64,000 bases of DNA, taken from assembly GCA_964475985.1 (NCBI GenBank), contig CAYYYP010000011.1, positions 846 through 64,845 on the forward strand. Reading direction: 5' to 3'. Source of the DNA: an uncultured Oligoflexia bacterium. Its GTDB lineage: Bacteria > Bdellovibrionota > UBA1018 > CAYHWW01. Below, piece after piece: positions 56,601 to 64,000 of this stretch; the stretch's first letter is position 1, and the number at the start of each line of letters is the position of its first letter. The notes below the pieces were generated by a model. The model ran no database searches, had not been told where the DNA came from, and worked only from the letters and a program-made list of their open reading frames with translations. The position numbers were made by a program, and so were the translations under genes.

Positions 56601-57090
56601 TTGCGGAAACCGTGGCGGACCCATTATTATAGCTCACGGAAATCGTCGCGTTGCTGGCACCCGCAACCGTGGGTGCAAAGGTAACGATGAGAGTACAACT
56701 TCCGGTATTCGCGGCAACGGTTGCCCCAGTTACGCAAGTGCCGCCGGTCAAAGTATAGGGTGCTGCTAAGCCAAGGCCACCGGTCGAAATCGTACCGAGC
56801 GTTGCGGCTACGGAACCAGAATTACTGAGCGTAAAAGACTTAGCGCTGGTGGAGCCATTGCTCACCGTACCATAATCGTAGGTGGCACCATCGGAGATGC
56901 TGAGGCTTGCCGTGGCGGCGGTGGGCGTTGATGAAGAAGATCCGCTCGAGCTGCCGCCTCCGGAACTACCGCTGTCATCCATGGAGGATTTCCCAAGCGG
57001 ATTGCAACCGACTTGCAAGAATAGCAACGCTGAGAAAAGTAAAATACTTTTCACGGCAGGAAATTCTATTTTTGCTATCCGGTTCGCCAT
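53644..57090 (-). CDS. Surface lipoprotein with Ig-like, FN3 and three LamG/ConA-like domains
   Basis: Lipobox QVG-C, Ser/Gly linker, F.G.IDEVRIYN and G.ISEIVLYD LamG motifs. Confidence 0.85.
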   Translation of the reverse strand: MANRIAKIEFPAVKSILLFSALLFLQVGCNPLGKSSMDDSGSSGGGSSSGSSSSTPTAATASLSISDGATYDYGTVSNGSTSAKSFTLSNSGSVAATLGTISTGGLGLAAPYTLTGGTCVTGATVAANTGSCTLIVTFAPTVAGASNATISVSYNNGSATVSATRAITGTGANTAPGAFAISSASSAGTTSVALNWAAASGATSYTVKYGTVSGAYPTTFSAAATSPTVVTGLTSGTLYYFMVVAVNGVGSTDATAEVSATPAPLSNDGLIGYWTFDTASISGTTASGVTGYTLDGATSTSGTLGGSTTPPTSVAGHSGESLSFDGTKYVLFNNVMNPTAGITMAAWVKTTATRGQAIISKDGNTTDACSSNAAQAYFLHLNADGTVSCWLNRYDGSDSVINGRTAINDGAWHLVVCSAQNSASSNNWHVYLDGSTTPDVSGTIARNGSNNIIATTTDVLTVGAGFRGTNGCGISPTTFNFDGSIDEVRIYNKGISASEARLLYTSAPDLTPKRTTMNVNAQLTFSTSGGIAPLTYSVTGGGSISAAGVFTAPSSAGTSTVTVTGADGSTSTATVSVISAATPSIFNKGRLFNLDATLATGSAAPTAGCATTTSWMDLVVNLSGTLTNFAACGATSGWNGDGTTTPYRLTLDGTNDYLTFPNSTAFNVTSDFTLDTWVYPTSLAARSTIFSTMTNGTAGSFTFEVGIGNGGTDRVSFTTPGVWNADTGNNAVTANAWNHVVYTRSSGSNQKVYVNGTEKALVTNNPVSVATNTSAKILGATASGGQHFPGSIASFNIYDSALSATAVARNCNALVSRFSSASCTTYSAPTKLVLSGPTSLIKDYCQAITVYAKDASDNLSEVTADKTISISESGGATLYNNSTCTTSATSVTMSADTSSTTFYAKGTVAAVTFHLSASDAGAELTSATVLDLLVEESPVPGIAGLLGWYKADSINQANGSAVSSWADLSGNNNHATQATVAAQPTYATSAVGGQPAVRFADADGTEDSLGFTTAFTTIRTALFVVQHSDGSQEYPFIIGDGGGSPFHGGGGGALFYYAFANTRAKNNGVDTPPLSFAKSTSPQLIAITLSADAASTSFISKGNVGGRFWDGWISEIVLYDNSAITENGVKSIERYLAAKYSISLPGGY

Positions 57091-57218
57091 ATCTACTATT
57101 TTATCGGAACTTCCTAATTTTTATGAACAAAAAATATTTACGATAACCCTGGAATTACAGCGATAGGTCAAGCGCGCCCCAGTCGCAATCGACACAGGGG
57201 GCGCTAAATAAGTAGCTT

Positions 57219-58127
57219 TTGAGTTGCCAGGATTCACTAAGGTTCTTAATGTCCAATCAAATGGATTTTAAATATAGGCAAGTTCAGCTTCCTTCCATCA
57301 AACTCCATATCGTAGAAGCCGGCCCAAGTGATGGTCCGCTTATTATTCTGCTCCATGGCTTTCCTGATTTTTGGCAAGGGTTTGAATCCCAAATTTTAGC
57401 CTTTGCCCAAGCGGGCTTTCATGTCGTCGCGCCCGATCAGCGTGGTTATAATTTAAGCGAAAAACCGTCCTTAGTTTCTGACTATGGCGCTCGTAAATTA
57501 GCCGAAGACGTGGTGGAACTCATAAACCATTTTAATGCCCCTAAAGCCTTCATTGGTGGTCATGACTGGGGTGGCGTCGTTGCGTGGCTGGTGGCAAGCA
57601 TTTTTCCAGATAAAGTCATAAAACTTCTAGTTTTCAATATTTCCCACCCCGCAGTAATGCAGCGTTTCTTACAGACCCATACGAAACAAAAGTTCAAGAG
57701 CTGGTACATGCTCTTTTTCCAGATTCCATGGCTACCGGAAGCCTATCTACGTGCATTCAATTTTTTTGCTTTACGGCGTACGATGCAAAAAAATCTTACC
57801 CAAGCGGCCTTTATGAAATTTGACTTCAATGCCTATATCAAAGCTTGGGGTCAGCCAGGGGCCCTCCGTTCGGCCATCAATTGGTACCGAGCGGCGCTTC
57901 GATTTCCGATAAAGCCTTTACCCAATCAGCATATCCAGATTCCAACGCTGTTGATCTGGGGGGAAAAAGATCCCTTTTTATCTAAAGAAATGGCTCAAGA
58001 ATCCATTGACCTCTGCGATCAGGGGGAACTGCACCGATTCGCAGAGGCCGGACACTGGGTTCACCTCGATGAGGAAAAAGAAGTGAACAAAATCGCGTTG
58101 AGGTTTTTAACGCAAAAAAATCAGTGA
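57219..58127 (+). CDS. Alpha/beta hydrolase (epoxide hydrolase family); start probably near 57249
   Basis: LHGFPDFW, DQRGYN.S, GHDWGG, AGHWVH. Confidence 0.92.
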   Translation: MSCQDSLRFLMSNQMDFKYRQVQLPSIKLHIVEAGPSDGPLIILLHGFPDFWQGFESQILAFAQAGFHVVAPDQRGYNLSEKPSLVSDYGARKLAEDVVELINHFNAPKAFIGGHDWGGVVAWLVASIFPDKVIKLLVFNISHPAVMQRFLQTHTKQKFKSWYMLFFQIPWLPEAYLRAFNFFALRRTMQKNLTQAAFMKFDFNAYIKAWGQPGALRSAINWYRAALRFPIKPLPNQHIQIPTLLIWGEKDPFLSKEMAQESIDLCDQGELHRFAEAGHWVHLDEEKEVNKIALRFLTQKNQ

Positions 58128-58489
58128 AACGCGTCGTACGTCTTAAAAAAACTACGGGCTTTTTCCAAAACTTGATTTTCCGTCATGCGATCAATGCTTT
58201 CAATTCCAACGATTTTAGCCGCCAATTGAGCGTGATGATGTTTTTCAAAATGCGTTTTTAAATGATTTTTAGCTAACCCTGGGCCCATAATCAGGATTTC
58301 TTCCGCATCTTTGAGCTTGGTTGCGATTTCGTGAAAAAATTGTTCGTTTTCTTGACGCTCACGGGCATCGACGTGCGAGTTGGAATGCGCGTGGGTATTT
58401 TTTTTCAGATTTTCTTTTTGCGATCCCTTCGCGCTCAAATGAAAAATCTCTGCCTCATTATGATCTAGCCAAATAACATATGCCGCCAT
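58121..58489 (-). CDS. eRF1 domain-2-like 'translational machinery' protein
   Basis: VIWLDH.EA.IF, ILIMGPG.AK, IVGIE..D.MTENQV. Confidence 0.7.
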   Translation of the reverse strand: MAAYVIWLDHNEAEIFHLSAKGSQKENLKKNTHAHSNSHVDARERQENEQFFHEIATKLKDAEEILIMGPGLAKNHLKTHFEKHHHAQLAAKIVGIESIDRMTENQVLEKARSFFKTYDAFH

Positions 58490-58550
58490 GATATTTTTCC
58501 TTTCGAAAAAAACTAGGATCGAAAATATCCTTAGTCAAGCTTACTTGACA

Positions 58551-59990
58551 CTATGCGTTTTTATAGAGGCGAAGGGCTTTTAGCTTTTGGTGAGCGTGGT
58601 CGACGATGGGGCTCATGGGCTCGTGGAGTGCCTTTCCCTTAAGGTGTGCCCGCTCCGGGACAAAACGTTTGATGTAATGTCCCTCCGGATCAAACCTTAA
58701 ACTTTGCAGAGTAGGATTGAAAATGCGGAAGTAGGGCTGCGGGTCGCATCCGGTGGAAGCGGCCCATTGCCAGCCCCCATTATTTGGTGCGAGGTCACCA
58801 TCTAAGAGCTGATGCATGAAATGCCGTTCTCCCCAACGCCAGTCGATGAGCAAGTCCTTAGTTAAAAACGAAGCAACGATCATGCGCACGCGGTTGTGCA
58901 TCCACCCTGTTTGTTTCAGTTCCCGCATGCCGGCATCCACGATGGCGTAACCGGTGCGGCCCTCCTGCCAAGCCGCAAAAAGGCCAGGGTCATTCTCCCA
59001 AGGGATTGATTTGTATTTTTGAAGGTAAGCTTCATTTTCAACGCGTGGGCAGTGAAAAAGAATATGGTAATAAAATTCACGCCACACTAACTCCTTTAAG
59101 AATCTAGTCCGCCCACTTTCATCTTTAAAACCTAAGTTTTTGAGTTCAAGTGCGCCAATGACTTGTGCAGTCGTAAGCGAGCCATTTTTCAAAAATATGC
59201 TGAGCTTTGAAGTTCCGCTGACGGCCGGATAATCCCGATCATGACCATAGTTGTCTAATTTTTCTTTAAATAACTTCAATTGAGTGATGCCCGCTGGGTG
59301 CCCTGCCGCGGGAATTGGGATATCAACATTTTTTGCGTTGATGGTTTTCACTTTGGTAAGCTGGTCTTGAAATTCCGGTGCATTTCCTAAGAGTTCAGCC
59401 CAACGCATTTGAAGTGGCCAAATACCTGCCGCCTTTGCCGGCGCCGATTGGTTTTCAATTCTTGCGTGAACCTCTTTGGAGTCGAGTCGATCAAACCACT
59501 TTCGGGCGAAGGGCGAGTAGACCTGGTAAAATCCGCATTCGCCTTTTTGAATTTCTTCAGGCTCCATCAGCAGATGATCTCGCCCACTTTCGACGGGAAG
59601 GCCAAAGTCTTTCTGAAAAATTTCAGACGTTTCATCATCTCTTTTTCTGGCGAACGGTTCGTAATCACGGTTGAACGTCACGAGTGCCGGTAGTCCCTGG
59701 GGCGTACCCTTAAGAAATTTCAAAAGCTTAGGAAAGCCTACCTGCGGTACGGCGTCCAAAAAAAGAAGGTCGCCTCCGCATTTTTTAAATTCTTCCTTAA
59801 GTGAGCAAAGTGAATCTAAAAAAAATGCAAAACGGCGATGGGAAAAATCGGGCCTAGCCAAAAAAGTAGAATCGAAAAAGAAAATGCCCAGCGTACGTCC
59901 GTGATGCCGCTCTTGGTTTTTTTGCAGGATCTCATTGCCCGGGATTCTGAGGTCCCGTCGAAACCAGTGCAGTCCGTAGGTTTTACTCAT
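58551..59990 (-). CDS. phrB: Deoxyribodipyrimidine photolyase / cryptochrome
   Basis: WFRRDLR, TSKLS..L..G, ELVWREFY, GWMHNRVRMI.ASFL.KDL, NNGGWQW. Confidence 0.92.
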   Translation of the reverse strand: MSKTYGLHWFRRDLRIPGNEILQKNQERHHGRTLGIFFFDSTFLARPDFSHRRFAFFLDSLCSLKEEFKKCGGDLLFLDAVPQVGFPKLLKFLKGTPQGLPALVTFNRDYEPFARKRDDETSEIFQKDFGLPVESGRDHLLMEPEEIQKGECGFYQVYSPFARKWFDRLDSKEVHARIENQSAPAKAAGIWPLQMRWAELLGNAPEFQDQLTKVKTINAKNVDIPIPAAGHPAGITQLKLFKEKLDNYGHDRDYPAVSGTSKLSIFLKNGSLTTAQVIGALELKNLGFKDESGRTRFLKELVWREFYYHILFHCPRVENEAYLQKYKSIPWENDPGLFAAWQEGRTGYAIVDAGMRELKQTGWMHNRVRMIVASFLTKDLLIDWRWGERHFMHQLLDGDLAPNNGGWQWAASTGCDPQPYFRIFNPTLQSLRFDPEGHYIKRFVPERAHLKGKALHEPMSPIVDHAHQKLKALRLYKNA

Positions 59991-60886
59991 GATGGTGGGT
60001 AGATTTCCGCCAAAGCCGCTTCCAGGGTTTCAAAACGAAAACGAAATCCTTCCGTAGTAGCACGTTTTGGAGTCACCCGTTGGCTCGCTAGAATCATCGT
60101 GGCCATTTCACCCATAAGGATTTTTAGCGCAAAAGCCGGAATTTTTCCCAGCACGGGTAACTTCCTGGCCTCGGCGAGCTTTTTCGTAAAGTTCAGATTG
60201 GTTTCGGGGTTCGGCGCCGTGAGATTGTAGGCGCCATGGGCATTTTGATTGATGAGGGCGTATTCAATAAATCCAACCACATCATTTATGTGAGCCCAAC
60301 TCATCCATTGATTCCCGGTCCCTAAGGTTACGGGTTGCATTTTAGCGAGCGCTCCACCATCCGGGCCTAAAACAATTCCGTTTCGAAGCAGGACAATCCT
60401 TACGTTAAGGGCTTTGGCTTTAAGGGCCGCGGCTTCCCAGTCGTCCGTAACTTTCGCTAAAAACCCCGCGCCTGCAATGCTATCTTCCGTTAAAATTTTA
60501 TCGCCGGCATCTCCATAAATCCCAATGGCCGATGCGTTCAGTAATGTAGAAGGCCTTTCGCCCGGAGGAAGCAGGGCTAAGGCTTCAACAATTTGCCTCG
60601 TGGTTCCAATGCGAGAGTCATAAATATTTCGTTTTCGTTTTTCCGTCCACCGCCCCTGTGCAACGGGGGCGCCCGCCAAGTGAATAACGGCATCCATGCC
60701 CTTGAAAATAGTTTTCAGATTTTCAGCCGCATTTTTGCCCGTCGGCCATTCTTGAGCTGCGCAAGGCAAACTAGCGGCGTCCGTAGCTTTTCGCACCATA
60801 GCCGTAACGGAATGTCCTTTTTGAAGGAGATGATTCAGTAAGGGCTGCCCAATAAAACCAGTTGCGCCCGTAAGTATGATTTTCAT
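59987..60886 (-). CDS. TIGR01777 family NAD-dependent epimerase (YfcH-like)
   Basis: TGATGFIG, SRIGTT, ASAIGIYG, W.HIND, SQRV.P. Confidence 0.92.
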   Translation of the reverse strand: MKIILTGATGFIGQPLLNHLLQKGHSVTAMVRKATDAASLPCAAQEWPTGKNAAENLKTIFKGMDAVIHLAGAPVAQGRWTEKRKRNIYDSRIGTTRQIVEALALLPPGERPSTLLNASAIGIYGDAGDKILTEDSIAGAGFLAKVTDDWEAAALKAKALNVRIVLLRNGIVLGPDGGALAKMQPVTLGTGNQWMSWAHINDVVGFIEYALINQNAHGAYNLTAPNPETNLNFTKKLAEARKLPVLGKIPAFALKILMGEMATMILASQRVTPKRATTEGFRFRFETLEAALAEIYPPS

Positions 60887-60951
60887 GAAGTTCTCCCATC
60901 GATGCGGCTTTAAACATTAGGTTATGCTCGGCCCTTGTCAAACCTTTCTCG

Positions 60952-61992
60952 GTGATCGGCGCTAGGAGGATGAAGATGCCTCTGTTAGGCTTATCGCGCA
61001 TGTTTAGCATCGAACACGGAAAATCTGCATTAGTCCTTGCTCCCATGGAAGGCGTCACGGACGCCCCCATGCGCACTTTGCTTTCTGAGCGTGGTGGGCT
61101 CACCCATTGTGTTTCGGAGTTTTTCCGCGTTTCGGAAAATGTGCCTTCAAAAAGGGCGCTTTTAAAGCATATGCCAGAGCTAATAAACGGCGGAGTTACG
61201 GCATCAGGTGTTTCGGTACAGATGCAACTTTTGGGAGGGCACGCCGAGCGTTTAGCCCTCACTGCCAAACTTGCCGTAGAGTCAGGATCACCCGGGATCG
61301 ATCTTAATTTTGGTTGCCCAGCTCCCATCGTAAATCGCAATGATGGAGGTGCTGCGCTTTTAAAATACCCGGCGCGCATAAAGGAAATCGTAAGTGCAGT
61401 GAGAGAAGCGGTTCCTAAGTCCGCTCCCGTTTCGGTGAAACTCAGGCTTGGGTTTGAGTCAATGGAAGATATTTATACCAACGCGGTTATGGCAGAGGCC
61501 GGCGGCGCCACTTGGCTTACGATTCATGCCCGCACTAAAACTCAAGGGTATCGTCCACCCGCCTATTGGGAATACATCGCCGAAACTAAAAAGCGGGTCT
61601 CTATACCGGTGGTGGCGAACGGAGATATTTGGGATTTAGAGGGCTTCAAACGCTGCCGAGATATTACAGGTTGCGAGCATTTCATGGTGGGCAGGGGAGT
61701 GCTGGTGAATCCATCGTTGCCCCATCAAATCGCTCGCGAACTTGGCTTGCCCGCAACTCCGCTTCAGGAAACGAGCGATTGGAAGGAGCCTAGGGATTGG
61801 GAGAAAATATTTGAGCGCTTCTCAAGGCTTTGTGACCCGCACGCGGAAAACCCGCATTATAACCTCTGTCGTTTAAAACAGTGGTTAAACCTAGTTTCCT
61901 ATCGTCAGGAATTGCCCTGGTTTAAAGCACTCAAACGAACCCAGTTCCTTGGCGAGTTTTTTAGCTTTCTTTCCGCGAATCCGGGCGCGTAA
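60952..61992 (+). CDS. dusC: tRNA-dihydrouridine synthase (DusC-like)
   Basis: LAPMEGVTD, IDLNFGCPA, VSVKLRLG, IHARTK, ANGDI. Confidence 0.85.
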   Translation: MIGARRMKMPLLGLSRMFSIEHGKSALVLAPMEGVTDAPMRTLLSERGGLTHCVSEFFRVSENVPSKRALLKHMPELINGGVTASGVSVQMQLLGGHAERLALTAKLAVESGSPGIDLNFGCPAPIVNRNDGGAALLKYPARIKEIVSAVREAVPKSAPVSVKLRLGFESMEDIYTNAVMAEAGGATWLTIHARTKTQGYRPPAYWEYIAETKKRVSIPVVANGDIWDLEGFKRCRDITGCEHFMVGRGVLVNPSLPHQIARELGLPATPLQETSDWKEPRDWEKIFERFSRLCDPHAENPHYNLCRLKQWLNLVSYRQELPWFKALKRTQFLGEFFSFLSANPGA

Positions 61993-62410
61993 TGCGTTCC
62001 TTTAAATTCATGACGGAGAGAAATGCCGATACCGGTAGGATAAGATTCACAAAAAGCAGGCACAAAATGAATTGCGGAACGCTCATCTGCTGCTGATTTA
62101 AAAAATAGCCAAAAATCACAAGGAAACTCATGGCAAAATGCAGGCAGACCTGGGGTAACGAACCGTAGACTGCACGGAGATGAAAAGAATCCGAAGCAGA
62201 ATCCCGGGTAATCGTTGCACGATCCCAGAGATGGTGCATTACGGGTGCGTTATCAAAAATAGAAAAAGCAAGTTGATCAAGCCCTGGAATGGCGATTTCA
62301 AAGTGATCTCTTTTGGTGGGGCAATGGGCTACCTCATAACGGCATTTTTCCCGATCAAGAGCTTGGTAAAGTTGGTGCCTGGGTACTTTAATCTTCCATG
62401 AATAAAAAAT
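61961..62410 (-). CDS. Hypothetical membrane protein with possible ATT start
   Basis: Open frame of 149 codons plus stop; AAGGAGG lies 6 nt before ATT; two C-terminal TM helices. Confidence 0.45.
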   Translation of the reverse strand: MFYSWKIKVPRHQLYQALDREKCRYEVAHCPTKRDHFEIAIPGLDQLAFSIFDNAPVMHHLWDRATITRDSASDSFHLRAVYGSLPQVCLHFAMSFLVIFGYFLNQQQMSVPQFILCLLFVNLILPVSAFLSVMNLKERITRPDSRKES

Positions 62411-62537
62411 AGGCCGCCTCCTTGGCTGCTGGTGAATAGACTTTCAGTTTCGCATGTTTTCCGAGCGGAATCAAAAAAATGCAGAAATAACGCTTGATGT
62501 TGTTTCGTAAGAAAGTGCACTCTTTACCGTATCCAAT

Positions 62538-63002
62538 ATGAATCATGATTTTGAAGTATGGCTGGTATCTATGGTTTCTGAATCGCCCTGGCAGTTATTG
62601 GCCTTATTTGGCATTTTATTCGTTTTGGGCGAGGTGTTTGTGAGCGGTTTTTTCATGCTGCCCATCGGTTTGGCGTTTTTACTCACAGCCGTATTCTCCC
62701 TTTGGGTTAAAAATTGGGCAGTACTTCTTGCCGTGTTGGCCGTTCTCCAGGTGGCGTTATTTCTTTTTTTTCAAAGAACTTTTAAAAAGAAGGATCGTCC
62801 GGCTCCGGCCTTGAATGCCGAGGGCATGATTGGCGCGGAGTGCGAAGTCACGGAAGAGATTCCCATAGAGGGATTAGGTTACGTCAAGCTTTACGGTGAT
62901 CGTTGGCAAGCAAAAAGTCCCGCAACGACAATCCTGAAAAAAGGTGAGAAGGTCATCATCGTTGGCCTTGACGGCAATAAAGTGATCGTAAAGCACAAGT
63001 AA
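62538..63002 (+). CDS. NfeD family protein
   Basis: N-terminal TMs; C-terminal G.VKLYGDRWQA...G.KV.IVG.DGN. Confidence 0.9.
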   Translation: MNHDFEVWLVSMVSESPWQLLALFGILFVLGEVFVSGFFMLPIGLAFLLTAVFSLWVKNWAVLLAVLAVLQVALFLFFQRTFKKKDRPAPALNAEGMIGAECEVTEEIPIEGLGYVKLYGDRWQAKSPATTILKKGEKVIIVGLDGNKVIVKHK

Positions 63003-63040
63003 CAAAAGCAGTGAACGATCGGTAGAAAAGGAAATTTGAA

Positions 63041-64000
63041 ATGGAAATTACGCTTATCGTCGGTGGAGCCCTCGTTCTTTTTGCCATGGTGGTGTTGGGT
63101 AAAGGCATTCGGGTTGTGCAACAGAGCGAATGCATCCTCATTGAACGACTTGGCAGTTATTCACGAATTTTAAGCAATGGCCTTAACGTCATCATTCCCT
63201 TCATAGATTCGCCGCGGGCCGTGTTCTGGATTTTTAATGGCCACGTAGTTCCCACGATTCGTTTGGATTTGAGGGAAACGGTCCTTGAGGTCCCAAGCCA
63301 GGCCGTGATTACCCGCGATAATGTTTCCATCGAAATCGATGCGCTACTTTATATTCAAATTGTTGATCCCGTGAAATCAACCTACGAGATTGCCAACGTT
63401 CCCATGGCCGTAGCCCAGCTTGCCCAAACCTCTTTGCGAAACGTGATTGGTGAACTTGACCTCGACCATACTCTGACTTCGCGTGACACCATCAATGCGA
63501 AACTTAAGGCTGTCCTTGATGAAGCAACGGATAAGTGGGGCACCAAAGTGAACCGCGTGGAGATCAAAAACATTACGCCACCGCGTGAGATTCAAATCGC
63601 CATGGAAAAACAAATGCAAGCGGAGCGGGAACGCCGGGCTAAAGTCTTGGAAGCCGAAGGCGATAAACAGGCGCGGATTTCACGATCCGAAGGGATTCGC
63701 CAGGAACAGATCAATATCGCCGATGGTGAAAAAGAGTCCCAAATCAGGCGCTCTGAAGGGGAGGCCTCCGCCATTAGACAAGTCGCCGAAGCGAAAAAAG
63801 AAGCCATCGCCCTCATCAAATCCTCCTTGGGAGATGCCACGCTAGCGAGCCAATTCCTCATTGCGACCAATTATTTGGATCAGTTTGGTAAGTTTGTGAC
63901 TAAGCCTAGCGATAAGGTTTTTATTCCCTATGAAGCCAGCACTTCCTTGGGAAGCCTTGGCAGCATTGCCGAGCTTCTGAGCAAAACGAACTCATCTAAA
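63041..64000 (+). CDS. SPFH/band-7 (stomatin-like) protein, truncated by the window edge and absent from the ORF track
   Basis: Hand translation: MEITLIVGG...VVQQSECILIERLG...QAVITRDNV...QTSLRNVIG.L.LD.TLTSRD.IN..L...LDEATDKWG.KV.RVEI. Confidence 0.92.
   Translation, partial: MEITLIVGGALVLFAMVVLGKGIRVVQQSECILIERLGSYSRILSNGLNVIIPFIDSPRAVFWIFNGHVVPTIRLDLRETVLEVPSQAVITRDNVSIEIDALLYIQIVDPVKSTYEIANVPMAVAQLAQTSLRNVIGELDLDHTLTSRDTINAKLKAVLDEATDKWGTKVNRVEIKNITPPREIQIAMEKQMQAERERRAKVLEAEGDKQARISRSEGIRQEQINIADGEKESQIRRSEGEASAIRQVAEAKKEAIALIKSSLGDATLASQFLIATNYLDQFGKFVTKPSDKVFIPYEASTSLGSLGSIAELLSKTNSSK

Noticed and set aside
60771-61379. 202 aa minus-strand ORF
   Set aside because: Antisense to dusC and overlaps the epimerase start; shadow ORF.
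1-64000. CRISPR arrays, rRNA, intact tRNA genes, IS transposases, integrase
   Set aside because: None found by reading; manual scanning could miss short or degenerate features.

Overview
Bacterial DNA; the gene content suggests a Bdellovibrionota/Oligoflexia-like host, which is inference only. The window has three parts. (1) 1-3.3 kb and 36.8-39.6 kb hold mobile-element modules: a Prim-Pol/DUF3987 primase on the left, and a cos-like tract, small serine recombinase, RHH repressor and phage TerS-like gene on the right. The two modules share a 19-bp, 9-bp-periodic TTCGC repeat. (2) Between them lies about 33 kb of anaerobic nitrogen-respiration genes: a Tat-exported Nitrospira/anammox-NXR-like molybdoenzyme (alpha, beta, heme-b gamma, TorD chaperone, TatA), a near-complete Moco pathway behind a Moco riboswitch, a MOT1-type transporter, Crp/Fnr plus NnrS, cytochrome-c-fused NirK with NirV-like and SCO partners, and an ECF/anti-sigma pair next to a secreted metallothionein-like peptide. 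Matching TATGA-N6-TCATA boxes precede both respiratory operons. (3) 39.9-64 kb holds orphan secreted proteins, a HEAT-repeat protein, a DUF222-like/HNH gene, a LamG surface lipoprotein, then housekeeping-type genes (photolyase, Dus, NfeD/SPFH). Best hypothesis: a phage-satellite/tycheposon-like element of at least 39 kb carrying a portable nitrate-to-NO respiration kit. No integrase or left boundary is visible. All family assignments come from motif recognition, not database searches.
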